Below are positions 48,252-57,906 of a stretch of DNA of 64,000 nt, piece by piece. The notes under the pieces were generated by a model that saw only the letters and a list, made by a program, of their open reading frames with translations, did no database searches and was not told the DNA's origin. Position 1 is the first letter of the stretch. Each line of letters opens with the position of its first letter. The position numbers and the translations under genes are program-made. The stretch comes from an uncultured Actinomycetes bacterium. GTDB lineage: Bacteria; Actinomycetota; Thermoleophilia; UBA2241. The stretch covers positions 64,001 to 128,000 of the forward strand of contig CAVPVX010000001.1 in NCBI GenBank assembly GCA_963709345.1, in the 5' to 3' direction.

Positions 48252-48346
48252 GACCGGGCCGGGCGGCGGCGCCGATGCGCGCCGCCGCCCGGCACACCTG
48301 AGCCGCGCTCTTCGACGCCGGCCTCGGATGCCGGTACACTCGGCGA

Positions 48347-48718
48347 ATGGCGAAACCCCCGGACACACATGACGGCGAAGGCGGCCGCGCAGACGCCGGC
48401 GGCGCGGCCGGCCCGCGACCGGGAGAGCGCCCGCCGGCGAAGCCGGGCCGGGCCATGCCCGACCTGGGCTCCATCGCCGTGGCCGCCGGCCTCTTCGGCC
48501 TGCTGGCCGGGCCGTTTCTCGTCGCACAGCCCGGCCCGCGCCTTCTGATCCTCGCCGCCGACATCGTGGCCATCGTGCTCGGCGCATGGACCGTCTGGGG
48601 AGCGTTCCGCCGCTTCGCCCGGCTCGACATGGGCATCGCCGCCATTCTGGCCGGCGGCGTCAGCCTCTTCATGTACGTGTCTTACGTCACCGACCCGCCG
48701 CCGCCGGGCGGCACCTGA
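48347..48718 (+). CDS. Small membrane protein
   Basis: Three hydrophobic segments; TACACT -10 just upstream (possibly leaderless). Confidence 0.6.
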   Translation: MAKPPDTHDGEGGRADAGGAAGPRPGERPPAKPGRAMPDLGSIAVAAGLFGLLAGPFLVAQPGPRLLILAADIVAIVLGAWTVWGAFRRFARLDMGIAAILAGGVSLFMYVSYVTDPPPPGGT

Positions 48719-48910
48719 GGCGCAACCGTCCTCCCGGTCGGGAGGCTTGCGGTCCGGCTGCTCGAATCCCTCTTCTGACGTCCGGCGCGTCTGAGCGGCC
48801 GCCGCGTTCCGCCGCCGCGCGCGGGAAGACCCGTCACACAGCAGGGGTTCGATGGCGCGGTTGAGGGTACAGGGGACGCAAGGGCTGCGCGGCCGGGGAG
48901 GGGGAAGGCC

Positions 48911-49957
48911 GTGAAGTTGAGAAGCGTCGTCATCGCCGTCTTCGTCCTTGCGCTCGCCACGCCCGGCGTGATCGCGTACGCCACGGGCGTCATCCCCAGT
49001 CCGTCTCCGGCGTCCGCCGACGCGACGGCGAACGGGCCGGCGGGCGTCGAGTTCCGTGCGACCTCCCTGGCCTGGCCGGATGAGGCGCTGGGCCTCACGG
49101 CGACGGACGCGCAGGTCGTGTGGGAGCAGCGCGACCGCAGCAAGTCCATCGCGGGTCTGTGGGCCTATGACGTCGCCACCCGGCAGCCCTACCGCCTCCT
49201 CGGACGCCAGAGCGCCGGACGCGGGACCGGGTTCCCGGCCGCGTCTCGCGAGAAGATCATCTGGGCGGCGTGGCCCGGCCGGCGTGGCGAAGGATCGCCG
49301 CAGATCCAGGGGTACAACCAGGTGACCACGCGCCGGTGGACGGTAGCGGAGACAGGACGGGACCCGGCCATCTCGGGCAACGCCATCGTCTGGGTAGAGC
49401 GCGGAGCGGGCGCCACGGCAGCCGACGACGCTCTGACCGGCGTGCACACCGTCACCGATGAGACGTTCACCACGCCCGTTGCAGGACGAGTGCGCGACCT
49501 GGCCGCCTCGGGGCTGTGGGTCGCCTGGATCTCGGGACGCGGCAAAGCCGCGGCCGTCTGGGCGGGCTCTCACCGAGACGGAGCACAGCACCGTCTCGGC
49601 AAGACGGGCACCTCGGTGGCCATCGACCGGCGCCGCGTCGTGTGGTCGGCCCTGACCGGTCGCGGCTCGACGGCGATCGCGGCCTGGGACCGGGACGCGC
49701 AGAAGACCAGGATTGTGTGCCGGGCGCCCGGCTCACCCTCGTTTCTCGCTCTGGGACGCACCGTGGCCGTCTGGGTATCGACCGACGGGGAGGGCGACGG
49801 CGACATCTGGGCCTACGACTTCACGCGCGACGAAGCCTATGCGGTGTGCGACCACGACGCCCGGCAGGCGAGCCCCGTCGTCGTCGGCGACACCGTCTTC
49901 TGGGCCGACCGGCGCAGTGGCCACTGGGAGCTCTACGGCAGAGACCTGCAGCCATGA
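48911..49957 (+). CDS. Secreted beta-propeller protein
   Basis: Signal peptide; repeated VVW/IIW..DIWAYD..P.(I/V)SG..IVW blades. Confidence 0.75.
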   Translation: MKLRSVVIAVFVLALATPGVIAYATGVIPSPSPASADATANGPAGVEFRATSLAWPDEALGLTATDAQVVWEQRDRSKSIAGLWAYDVATRQPYRLLGRQSAGRGTGFPAASREKIIWAAWPGRRGEGSPQIQGYNQVTTRRWTVAETGRDPAISGNAIVWVERGAGATAADDALTGVHTVTDETFTTPVAGRVRDLAASGLWVAWISGRGKAAAVWAGSHRDGAQHRLGKTGTSVAIDRRRVVWSALTGRGSTAIAAWDRDAQKTRIVCRAPGSPSFLALGRTVAVWVSTDGEGDGDIWAYDFTRDEAYAVCDHDARQASPVVVGDTVFWADRRSGHWELYGRDLQP

Positions 49958-50403
49958 CGTCCGAGCCCGACGCCACCGAGATCCTCCGCGACCTGCTCGG
50001 CGGCCAGCGGCTGGGGGTGCTGGCCACCCACGGACCCGAGCACCCCTACGCGAGCCTCGTCGCGTTCTCGACCGACGACGCGCTCACGCGCCTCTACTTC
50101 GTCACTCCCCGGGCGACGCGCAAGTTCCACTTCCTCACCCATGACCCGGCGGTGAGCCTGCTCGTCGACGACCGCTCGGCCGATGACCTCGACTTCCACC
50201 ACGCCGCCGCCGTCACCGCCGTGGGCGCAGCGCGGGAGCCTCAAGGCGCCGAGCACGACGAAGCGTTGCGCGGCTTCACCGCGCGGCACCCGCACCTCGG
50301 GGGCTTCGCGGCATCACCGAGCAGCGCCCTCGTGGAGATCCGCGTCGCGACCTATTACGTCGTGCGACGCTTCCAGAACGTCACCGAGATCCATCTCGAA
50401 TGA
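49954..50403 (+). CDS. Pyridoxamine 5'-phosphate oxidase-like split-barrel protein
   Basis: LGVLAT..PYASLVAF..FVTPRATRK..P.VSLLVD.R..AVTAVG. Confidence 0.85.
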   Translation: MTSEPDATEILRDLLGGQRLGVLATHGPEHPYASLVAFSTDDALTRLYFVTPRATRKFHFLTHDPAVSLLVDDRSADDLDFHHAAAVTAVGAAREPQGAEHDEALRGFTARHPHLGGFAASPSSALVEIRVATYYVVRRFQNVTEIHLE

Positions 50404-52628
50404 ACGCTCCCGACGCGCCTGTCGTGGTCGTCGCAGACGCCGACGTGACCGCCGCCCTCGGCGCCCGCGTCGGCGGCAAGGCCCTTGCGTTGGCCCGCCT
50501 GCAGGCCGCCGGCCTGCGGGTCCCCGCATTCGTCGCCGTCACGACCGACGCCTACCACGCCTTTCTCGCGGGCACACACCTGCGCGAGCGCATCCTGGCG
50601 GAGCTCGATCGCAAGGCCTTCGAGGACATGCGCTGGGAGGAGATCTGGGACGTTGCCCTGCGCGTGCGCAACCTCTTCCTCACGACGCCGCTGCCAGAAG
50701 ACCTGGAGGCGGCGCTCGCCGAGGGATTTGCCGGCCGCTTCGCCTCCGTCGCCACGGTGGTGCGTTCGTCGGCGCCCGGCGAAGACTCGGCCGAGGCCTC
50801 CTTCGCCGGGCTGCACGAATCGTACGTGAACGTGCGCGGAGTGCCGCAGATCCTGGAGCACGTGAAGCTCGTGTGGGCGTCGCTGTGGTCGGACGGCGCG
50901 CTGCTCTACCGACGCGAGCTCGGTCTCGACCCCGGACGCAGCGCCATGGCGGTCGTCGTCCAGGAGATAGTCGCCGGTGAGCGCTCGGGCGTGGCCTTCA
51001 GCGTCGCGCCGGACGAGTCTGCGCACGCCCTCGTCGAAGCCGTCCACGGCCTCAACCAGGGCCTCGTCGACGGCTCGGTGGAGCCCGACAGATGGACCCT
51101 CGCGCGACGTGACGGCGCCGTGCTCGCGCATCGGGAGGCGGAACGGCTGGAGCTGGTCGTCCCTTCTCCGGCCGGCGTGCGCCTTGCGCCGCTCCCGGAC
51201 GAACTGCGAAGGCGGGCGCCGCTCGGCGAGGCCGAGGTCCCGCTGGTCTACCGTCTGGCGCGCGACGCCGAAGACCGCTTCGGCGCGCCCCAGGACGTGG
51301 AGTGGACGATGCGCAGCGACGAGCTCTTCGCTCTCCAGGCGCGCCCGATCACGACGCTGGCGGGCGGCGTGGGCGGCGGCAGGACGGGCACAGCGGCCGC
51401 GGGCGACGGCCGGGCGGCGTATTTGAGCCTCACGCGTACCTTCGAGAGCCTTCAGAAGCTGCGCCACGCCATCGAGGACGAGGCGCTGCCCGAGATGACG
51501 CGTCAGGCAGACGCATTCGCCGCCGTCGACGTCAGATCGCTGGACGACGCGCAGTTGGGCGCGGAGCTCGCAGGGCGCAAGGAGGCTCACGACCACTGGG
51601 TCGACGTGTACACACGCGACTTCATCCCGTTCGCGCACGGCGCGCGGCTGTTCGGGCAGGCGTACAACGACGCGCTGCACCCGGACGACCCCTACGAGTT
51701 CGCCGACGTCCTCGCCACGACGCCCCTGCTGAGCAAGCGGCGAAACGAGGCTCTCGAAGCGATGGCCGGCCTGGTCCGCGCCGGAGACGAAGCGGCTCTG
51801 AGCGCGGACCTCGCCGCCTTCGCCGCGGAGTTCGAGCTCGGCGGCTCCGGAAGGGAAGATCCGTCACCCGCCGAGCTGAAGGCCCTGGTGCGTCGCCTGG
51901 CGACGCGTCCCCGCGAGACCGCCGCGCGCACCTCCGGTCCGACGGGCGCAGCGCGTTCTGATCAACTGGCCCTGCTCTTCGTCGAGAGCCACCCCGAAGA
52001 CACGCGGGACCACGCCCGCGCACTCCTCGAACTGGGGCGCGCCAGCTGGCGGCTGCGCGACGACGACAACGCCTACCTCGACCGCATCCAGGCGGCCTTG
52101 CGGACCGCACTCGTCGAGGCGGAGGCGCGCGGTCTCGCGACCGCCGGGTGGCAACCGCGGCGCGTCTCGCTGCCGTCGCCGCTCGGGCCAGCCGACGCGC
52201 CGTCCGAAGACGAGCGCGGCGCAGACGATCATGCCGCGCCGCCGGGAGCCGCCGTGCCCGGCGCCGAGGCGCGCGGCCCGAGCCTCCGCGCCCACACCCG
52301 CATGCAGGCCCGGCAGATCGTCGGCCAGCCGGCCGGGCCGGGCCTGGGGGTGGGGACGGCCCGCATCGTCTCCGGCCGGGCCGACCTCCTCGCCTTCGAG
52401 CCGGGCGAGATCCTCGTCTGCGACGCCATAGAGCCGTCGATGACCTTCATCGTGCCGCTCGCCGCCGGCATCGTGGAGCGCCGCGGCGGCATGCTGATCC
52501 ACGGCGCCATCATCGCCCGTGAGTACGGACTGCCCTGCGTCACAGGCGTACCCGGCGCCACCAAGCTCATCCACAGCGGCGACCGGGTGACCGTCGACGG
52601 CTACCTGGGCATCGTGATCGTCGGCTGA
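50400..52628 (+). CDS. PEP-utilising/PPDK-family dikinase with RPH-like domain order
   Basis: VGGKA, VRSSA.GED..ASFAG, MAVVVQE, SGVAF, DVEW, LQARPIT; C-terminal swivel GEILVC..GGMLIHGAIIAREYGLP. Confidence 0.88.
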   Translation: MNAPDAPVVVVADADVTAALGARVGGKALALARLQAAGLRVPAFVAVTTDAYHAFLAGTHLRERILAELDRKAFEDMRWEEIWDVALRVRNLFLTTPLPEDLEAALAEGFAGRFASVATVVRSSAPGEDSAEASFAGLHESYVNVRGVPQILEHVKLVWASLWSDGALLYRRELGLDPGRSAMAVVVQEIVAGERSGVAFSVAPDESAHALVEAVHGLNQGLVDGSVEPDRWTLARRDGAVLAHREAERLELVVPSPAGVRLAPLPDELRRRAPLGEAEVPLVYRLARDAEDRFGAPQDVEWTMRSDELFALQARPITTLAGGVGGGRTGTAAAGDGRAAYLSLTRTFESLQKLRHAIEDEALPEMTRQADAFAAVDVRSLDDAQLGAELAGRKEAHDHWVDVYTRDFIPFAHGARLFGQAYNDALHPDDPYEFADVLATTPLLSKRRNEALEAMAGLVRAGDEAALSADLAAFAAEFELGGSGREDPSPAELKALVRRLATRPRETAARTSGPTGAARSDQLALLFVESHPEDTRDHARALLELGRASWRLRDDDNAYLDRIQAALRTALVEAEARGLATAGWQPRRVSLPSPLGPADAPSEDERGADDHAAPPGAAVPGAEARGPSLRAHTRMQARQIVGQPAGPGLGVGTARIVSGRADLLAFEPGEILVCDAIEPSMTFIVPLAAGIVERRGGMLIHGAIIAREYGLPCVTGVPGATKLIHSGDRVTVDGYLGIVIVG

Positions 52629-52726
52629 CGGGCATGGCGGATTCGCGGCCGTCGGCCGACGGCCGCGGCAGGTCGCTCGTGTAGACTCCCTCTGAACGCT
52701 CGCCAGACCAGCTACCGGGAGGCGCC

Positions 52727-53623
52727 ATGCCCGTCATCGAAGCCGAGCACCTGAGCAAACGCTTCGGCCGCAAGGTGCTCGCCGTCGACGACGTCAGCTT
52801 CACCATCGAGAAGGGGACGGTCACCGGCGTCCTCGGCCCCAACGGAGCCGGCAAGACGACGACCCTGCGCATGATCCTCGATCTTGTGCGGCCGACCGCC
52901 GGCCGGGTCGCGATCCTCGGCAGCCGGTACCGCGACCTGCACGCGCCGGCCGGCAGAGTCGGTGCGCTCCTCGATTCCTCCGGCTTCCACCCCGGGCGCT
53001 CCGGGCGCAACGCGCTGCGTGTCGTAGCCATGGGCGCACACATCCCCGACGCCCGCGTCGACAAGGCGCTGGAGCTTGTGGAACTGACCCCCTCCGCGAA
53101 GCGCGCGGTCAAGGGCTATTCCACAGGCATGAAGCAACGCCTGGCACTCGCCGCGGCGCTGCTCGGCGACCCCGACGTCCTGATCCTCGACGAGCCCGCC
53201 AACGGCCTCGATCCCGAAGGCATGCTCTGGCTGCGCACCTTTCTCCGAGCACAGGCGGGCGAGGGGCGCACGGTGCTCGTCTCGAGCCACGTCCTCGCCG
53301 AGGTGGAACAGACCGTCGACGACGTGCTCATCATGAGCAAGGGGAGGCTGCTCGCGCAGGGTCCGATCGACAGACTCACCGCCGGGACGCAGCCGGTCGT
53401 CCGCGTGCGCTCGCCGCAGGCGGAGAGGCTTGAGGCCGCGCTCCGCTCCGTCGGCGCGGCCGTGAACCGCCTGGACGACGCCCTCGCCGTGCGCGGCCCG
53501 ACGGCGGCGGAGGTCGGCGACGCCGCCCACGCCCAGGGAATCGTGCTGCACGAGCTTCGCACCGAGCAGCCGAGCCTCGAAGACCTCTTCCTGCAGATCG
53601 CCGGCACGCGGAGGGAGGCGTGA
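52727..53623 (+). CDS. ABC transporter ATP-binding protein
   Basis: GPNGAGKTT, YSTGMKQRL, LDEPANGLDP, SSH. Confidence 0.95.
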   Translation: MPVIEAEHLSKRFGRKVLAVDDVSFTIEKGTVTGVLGPNGAGKTTTLRMILDLVRPTAGRVAILGSRYRDLHAPAGRVGALLDSSGFHPGRSGRNALRVVAMGAHIPDARVDKALELVELTPSAKRAVKGYSTGMKQRLALAAALLGDPDVLILDEPANGLDPEGMLWLRTFLRAQAGEGRTVLVSSHVLAEVEQTVDDVLIMSKGRLLAQGPIDRLTAGTQPVVRVRSPQAERLEAALRSVGAAVNRLDDALAVRGPTAAEVGDAAHAQGIVLHELRTEQPSLEDLFLQIAGTRREA

Positions 53624-54384
53624 TCGCCCTGGTCCGAGCCGAACTGCTCAAGCTGCGCAGCACGCGCACCGCCCTCGGCCTCTTCATCATCATCCTCGTC
53701 GTCACGCTCGTGCCCCTCATCCTGCTGCTCGCCTTCCTCCCCAAGGAGTGGCTGGCGGAAGACGGGGTGACGGGCTTTCTTGGCACTGCCAGCGCCCTCG
53801 TGCCGCTGGTCCTGCTGGTCTTCGGCATCCTCGGCATGACCAACGAGTACCGGCACGGCACCATCACCTACTCGTACCTCGTCACGCCGCGGCGCTGGCA
53901 GGTCATGGTCGTCAAGCTCGTCGTCTACGCGCTCGTCGGCATGGCGACCATGTTGCTCGCCGTGGCACTCGTCTTCCTCGCGATCCGCATCGGCGTGGCG
54001 ATCCGGGGAGTCGACCTCGACGCCACCGGCGGGTCGACGATCGGCGACTACGCCCGGCAGATCGTCGTCGCCGGCCTCATCACGACGTTCGGCGTGGCGC
54101 TCGGCGCCCTCGTCCGCGCCCAGGTCATCACGGTCGCGGCCACGCTCATCTGGGCGCTCTTCGTCGAGAACATCATCGTCGTTCTCAAGCCTGAGGTGGG
54201 CGCGTGGCTGCCCTTCGTCGTGTTCAACCAGGTGAGCGCCGCCCAGATGCCGGGCGACGGCGCCGACGCCGCGTTCATGAGCGACATGTTGACGCGACCG
54301 CAGGCGTTTCTCGTGAGCATCGCCTACATCGCCGTCGTGAGCGTCGCGGCCGTCTTCATCTCCCTGCGCCGCGACGTCACCTGA
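53620..54384 (+). CDS. ABC-2 family permease
   Basis: RAELLKLRS, EYRHGTI..L.TPRR, terminal RRDVT. Confidence 0.9.
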   Translation: MIALVRAELLKLRSTRTALGLFIIILVVTLVPLILLLAFLPKEWLAEDGVTGFLGTASALVPLVLLVFGILGMTNEYRHGTITYSYLVTPRRWQVMVVKLVVYALVGMATMLLAVALVFLAIRIGVAIRGVDLDATGGSTIGDYARQIVVAGLITTFGVALGALVRAQVITVAATLIWALFVENIIVVLKPEVGAWLPFVVFNQVSAAQMPGDGADAAFMSDMLTRPQAFLVSIAYIAVVSVAAVFISLRRDVT

Positions 54385-54395
54385 GGCGAAGCGGC

Positions 54396-54962
54396 GTGAG
54401 CGAGTCCGGCGTCCCCAGCACGGACCGAGAAGTCGGCCCCTTGCCGGGCGGCCCCGAGCTGATCGCCGTGCACGGGCCGCTGTCCGGGGATGGCGCGGCC
54501 GCCGAACGCATCCTCCGAGCCCTGCCCGGGTGGTTCGGCATCGAGGAGGCGCTGGTCGCCTACGCGCGAGCCGCCGACGCGGGTCCGACGTTCGTCGCCC
54601 AGGTCGCCGGCGCGCCGGAGAGCGAAGCCGCGGGCACGCGGCACTCGGACGCCGACACGATCGTCGGCTTTCTCACGCTGAGCGCGACCAGCGACTGCGC
54701 CGTGGAACTGCACGTCATGGCCGTGCTTCCGGGGTGGCACCGCCGCGGGGTGGGCCGCACGCTCGTCGAAGGCGCGACTGTGTACGCCCGCGCCGAGGGT
54801 TTCGAGCTGTTTCACGTCAAGACGCTGGCGGCGAGCGACCCGGATCCCGGCTACGCCGCGACACGCGCTTTCTACCTCTCGCTGGGTTTTCGCCCACTCG
54901 AGGTCCTGCCGCAGGTCTGGGGACCCGAGGATCCCTGCCTGCTGCTCGTCCGGGCTCTCTGA
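54396..54962 (+). CDS. GNAT acetyltransferase
   Basis: LP.WFGI, ELHVMAV..HRRGVGR.L, VKTL, Y..TRAFY..GF. Confidence 0.85.
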   Translation: MSESGVPSTDREVGPLPGGPELIAVHGPLSGDGAAAERILRALPGWFGIEEALVAYARAADAGPTFVAQVAGAPESEAAGTRHSDADTIVGFLTLSATSDCAVELHVMAVLPGWHRRGVGRTLVEGATVYARAEGFELFHVKTLAASDPDPGYAATRAFYLSLGFRPLEVLPQVWGPEDPCLLLVRAL

Positions 54963-54969
54963 GACAGCG

Positions 54970-55002
54970 ACGGGCCGGCCACCCTTCGGGCGGCCGGCCC
55001 GT
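54970..55002. terminator. Hairpin between convergent genes
   Basis: ACGGGCCGGCC..CTTCGG..GGCCGGCCCGT with a UUCG loop. Confidence 0.6.
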
Positions 55003-55030
55003 GTCGTTCGGCTGACGCCGAGCGAGCCCG

Positions 55031-55552
55031 TCAGGCGCCGCTCACGAGCGGCGACGGGATAGTGAATACGCGGGTCGAGAGCTCCTTGTCCAGCTGGTAG
55101 AGCCCCGCCGGGTGCTCGCCGGCCATGGTGAACTTCTGCACCATGTCGGAGGCGGTCTCCTCCTCCTCGACCTGCTCCGCGATGAACCACTGCAGGAAAT
55201 TGTAGGAGGCGTGATCCTTGATCTCCAGCGCGAGCGAAGCGAGATCGTCGATGCGCGCCGTTACCTTCTCCTCGTGCGCGAGCGCGTCCTTGAACATGGA
55301 AAGGCCGTCCGGCCAGTCGGTCTGCGGCTTCTCGATCACCTCGAGCACCACCCGGCCGCCGCGGGAGAGCACGTAGTTGAACATGATCTGCGCGTGCGCC
55401 AACTCCTCCTGGTACTGCACGCCCATCCAGCTCTGGCCGCCCGGCATGCCGAGGTCGGCGAACTGGCTCGACATCGCCAGGTACAGGTACCCGGAGAAGA
55501 TCTCCCAGTTGATCTGCTCGTTGATCGCGTCCTGCATCCTCTTGTCCAGCAT
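55031..55552 (-). CDS. Non-heme ferritin
   Basis: AINEQIN.E..S.Y.YLAM, EELAHA, HEEKVT, FLQWFIAEQVEEE ferroxidase residues. Confidence 0.93.
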   Translation of the reverse strand: MLDKRMQDAINEQINWEIFSGYLYLAMSSQFADLGMPGGQSWMGVQYQEELAHAQIMFNYVLSRGGRVVLEVIEKPQTDWPDGLSMFKDALAHEEKVTARIDDLASLALEIKDHASYNFLQWFIAEQVEEEETASDMVQKFTMAGEHPAGLYQLDKELSTRVFTIPSPLVSGA

Positions 55553-55696
55553 GGTCACCCCTTGTTCTCGTGGCAATGACGCGGCGGCTACGCCGCCGCG
55601 CTTCGCCTTCTATCTACCCAATCGCGGCCGGGGGAGTGCATCGCGAGGCGTCGAAGGGCACACTGAGTGGACAACCACCCCGATCGGAGCCTCCCC

Positions 55697-56197
55697 ATGA
55701 GCAGAGCGTTCGTCAAAGAGCCGGATGAGGGCGCGCCCACTGAGGACCTGCCGGAGCGGCAGATCAGCGACCATCCCAACTATGTCACTCCCGCCGGGCT
55801 GCAGCAGCTCAAGGCCAAGATCGACGAACTGGAGACGAGGCGCCTCGAGCTCCTGGACGACGACGCCATGGCGCGCGAACGGCTGGCCTACGTCGACCGC
55901 GACCTGCGCTACTACGCGGCCCGGCTCGAGAGCGCGATCCCCGTCGACCTCCGGCGCCAGGCGCGGCGCAAGGTGGAGTTCGGGGCCGCCGTCACCGTGA
56001 GCCAGAACGGCAGCCAGCGCCGGACCTTCACGATCGTCGGCGAGGACGAGGCCGACCTCAAGGAGGGCAAGATCAGCTACGTCTCACCGCTCGCCGAGGC
56101 GCTGCTAGAGGCACGCGTGGGGGCGACGGTGCTCTGGCGCCGGCCCGCCGGCGACAGAGACCTCACCGTCGAAGGCATCGAGTATCCGGAGGAGTAG
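55697..56197 (+). CDS. GreA/GreB-family protein (short coiled-coil type)
   Basis: MSRAFVKE, YVTP.G, VEFGA.V, IVGEDEAD..G.IS..SPLA.AL. Confidence 0.88.
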   Translation: MSRAFVKEPDEGAPTEDLPERQISDHPNYVTPAGLQQLKAKIDELETRRLELLDDDAMARERLAYVDRDLRYYAARLESAIPVDLRRQARRKVEFGAAVTVSQNGSQRRTFTIVGEDEADLKEGKISYVSPLAEALLEARVGATVLWRRPAGDRDLTVEGIEYPEE

Positions 56198-56214
56198 GCC
56201 GGGCAGGAAAACGC

Positions 56215-56312
56215 TGGCGGAGCGACATGGGAGTCGAACCCACCCAGGACGAGAGCATCGCCCCGCAGACGGTTTTGAAGACCGCGGTGGTCACCGGACC
56301 ACGAGCCGCTCC
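56215..56312 (-). tRNA. selC: tRNA-Sec (TCA)
   Basis: 8-bp acceptor GGAGCGGC/GTCGCTCC, 6-bp D stem GTGGTC/GACCAC, CT-TCA-AA loop, long variable arm, 5-bp T stem, GCCA end. Confidence 0.95.
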
Positions 56313-56384
56313 GCTCGAGCACATCCTTTCACGCGCGGCCGGCCGGGTCACCCGGGCGGGAGCGCAACGCTCCCGGATCTGTCG

Positions 56385-57683
56385 TTACTTCGCGAGGTCC
56401 AGCAAGGCCTGGTGATCCTTGGCGATCTTGTACTCGGACTCCACCTCGAGCAGGCCGCCGGGGAACTCGTAGGCCGGCATGAGGGCGACGTAGTCGTCGG
56501 CGTTGAACGCCTCGGGGTTGTGGACGCCGCTCTTGGGGTCGCCCGGCTTGCCGCCGAGGCTGCCCTTGGCGAGAAGCTCGATGGTGATGACGGGTGTGAA
56601 CGCGGTCTGCGCGACGACGACCTGCGTGCCGTACTTGTCCACGCACTCCTTGTTGTCGGCGACCTGGTACAGGTACACCTTGCGCTCCTTGCCGTCCTTC
56701 TTGCCGATCACGTAGGTGCCGGCAGCCGTCTTGCCGACGTACTGCTTCCCGATCTCATTGGGGTCCGGCGCGGCGGCGGCGATGACGTCGCGCGGCGCGA
56801 CCATGACGTCGCCGACCTTGATCTTCTCGGCCTTGTCGATGTTCACCGAGCGGAAGACGTCCATCGCTGCCATGAACTCGTCGCCGAGCGCGTACTTGAA
56901 GGTGGCCTTCTTGACGCCCTTGAGACGGTCGGCGTTGTGCGCGATCTGGATGACCTCTTCGTGCTCGACGTGGCCGACCTCGACCTCGCCGATGCCCTCG
57001 GGCAGCCAGAAGTCCTCGAGCTCGGCGAATGGCTCTATGGTGTGGACTTCGCCGTTCTCGTACACGATCGCGGGGTTGTTGCACTCCTCGATGGTCGTCC
57101 AGACGCTGAAGCCGAAGCTGATGCCCTTGGCGCCGGGGATCTCGAGGTTGCTGCCGTCGCGGATGCCGATCTCATCGATCTCGTCGAAGAGGTGGTCGGC
57201 GGCGTAGCGGGCGAAGTAGTCGGCCATGCCCGGCTCGACGCCGAAGCCGGCGAGCGCGTACTTGCCGATCCTCTCGAACTCGGGGCTGAGCGCGTACTCC
57301 TTGTCGCCGAGCTTGACGCCGCACTTGTGCATCGGGTCGGTCGGGTGCGGCTCGCTGAGCGTCATGGCGGTGTCCAGGTAGTGGACCTTCGCCTTGAGCG
57401 CGGCCTGGAGCAGCGGCGGATTGAAGTTGGGAGCACAGAGGTTCATGAGGATGTCGACGCCGTGCTTCTCGGCCAGCGCGGCCACGGCGGCGACATCGCC
57501 TGCGTCGATCTGCTCGGCGACAAAGCGCGGATCATTGAGGGTGGCGACGAAGTCGGCAGCGCGCTTGCCGTCGTAGTCGGCCATCACCATCTTCTCGAGC
57601 CACTCACCCTTGGGGTCGCGACGCTTGGCGATCGCGGCGATGGACTGGCCGACACCACCGGTACCGACGACGAGAGCTTTCAT
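56385..57683 (-). CDS. Saccharopine dehydrogenase / carboxy(nor)spermidine dehydrogenase family oxidoreductase
   Basis: VVGTGGVG Rossmann motif, HYLDTA, GFGVEPG, FSVWTTIEEC, HVEHEE, VAPRDV. Confidence 0.9.
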   Translation of the reverse strand: MKALVVGTGGVGQSIAAIAKRRDPKGEWLEKMVMADYDGKRAADFVATLNDPRFVAEQIDAGDVAAVAALAEKHGVDILMNLCAPNFNPPLLQAALKAKVHYLDTAMTLSEPHPTDPMHKCGVKLGDKEYALSPEFERIGKYALAGFGVEPGMADYFARYAADHLFDEIDEIGIRDGSNLEIPGAKGISFGFSVWTTIEECNNPAIVYENGEVHTIEPFAELEDFWLPEGIGEVEVGHVEHEEVIQIAHNADRLKGVKKATFKYALGDEFMAAMDVFRSVNIDKAEKIKVGDVMVAPRDVIAAAAPDPNEIGKQYVGKTAAGTYVIGKKDGKERKVYLYQVADNKECVDKYGTQVVVAQTAFTPVITIELLAKGSLGGKPGDPKSGVHNPEAFNADDYVALMPAYEFPGGLLEVESEYKIAKDHQALLDLAK

Positions 57684-57789
57684 GCTGTTCCTTCTCCTTG
57701 CTGTGGCGTGATTGCGGCGGCGGCGCGGCCGTCGCGTCCCGCAGGTGAGGCCCACGTACCCAGGCGCGGACCCTACGCAGGCTACCGAT

Positions 57790-57810
57790 GAAGCATATTG
57801 TATAAGCTTC
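57790..57810. promoter_or_regulatory. AT-rich palindromic operator overlapping the promoter of the dehydrogenase gene
   Basis: GAAGCATAT-TGT-ATAAGCTTC (8/9 symmetric) containing minus-strand TACAAT; TTGACA upstream. Confidence 0.55.
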
Positions 57811-57906
57811 TGCGCAGTTTTCCAGTGTCAAGTTAGCAGCCGTGGAGGTTTGGGCCGGCTGAACGCCGGCGCAGGAACACGCGGGGGTCGGCTTCGACAG
57901 CAGCGC

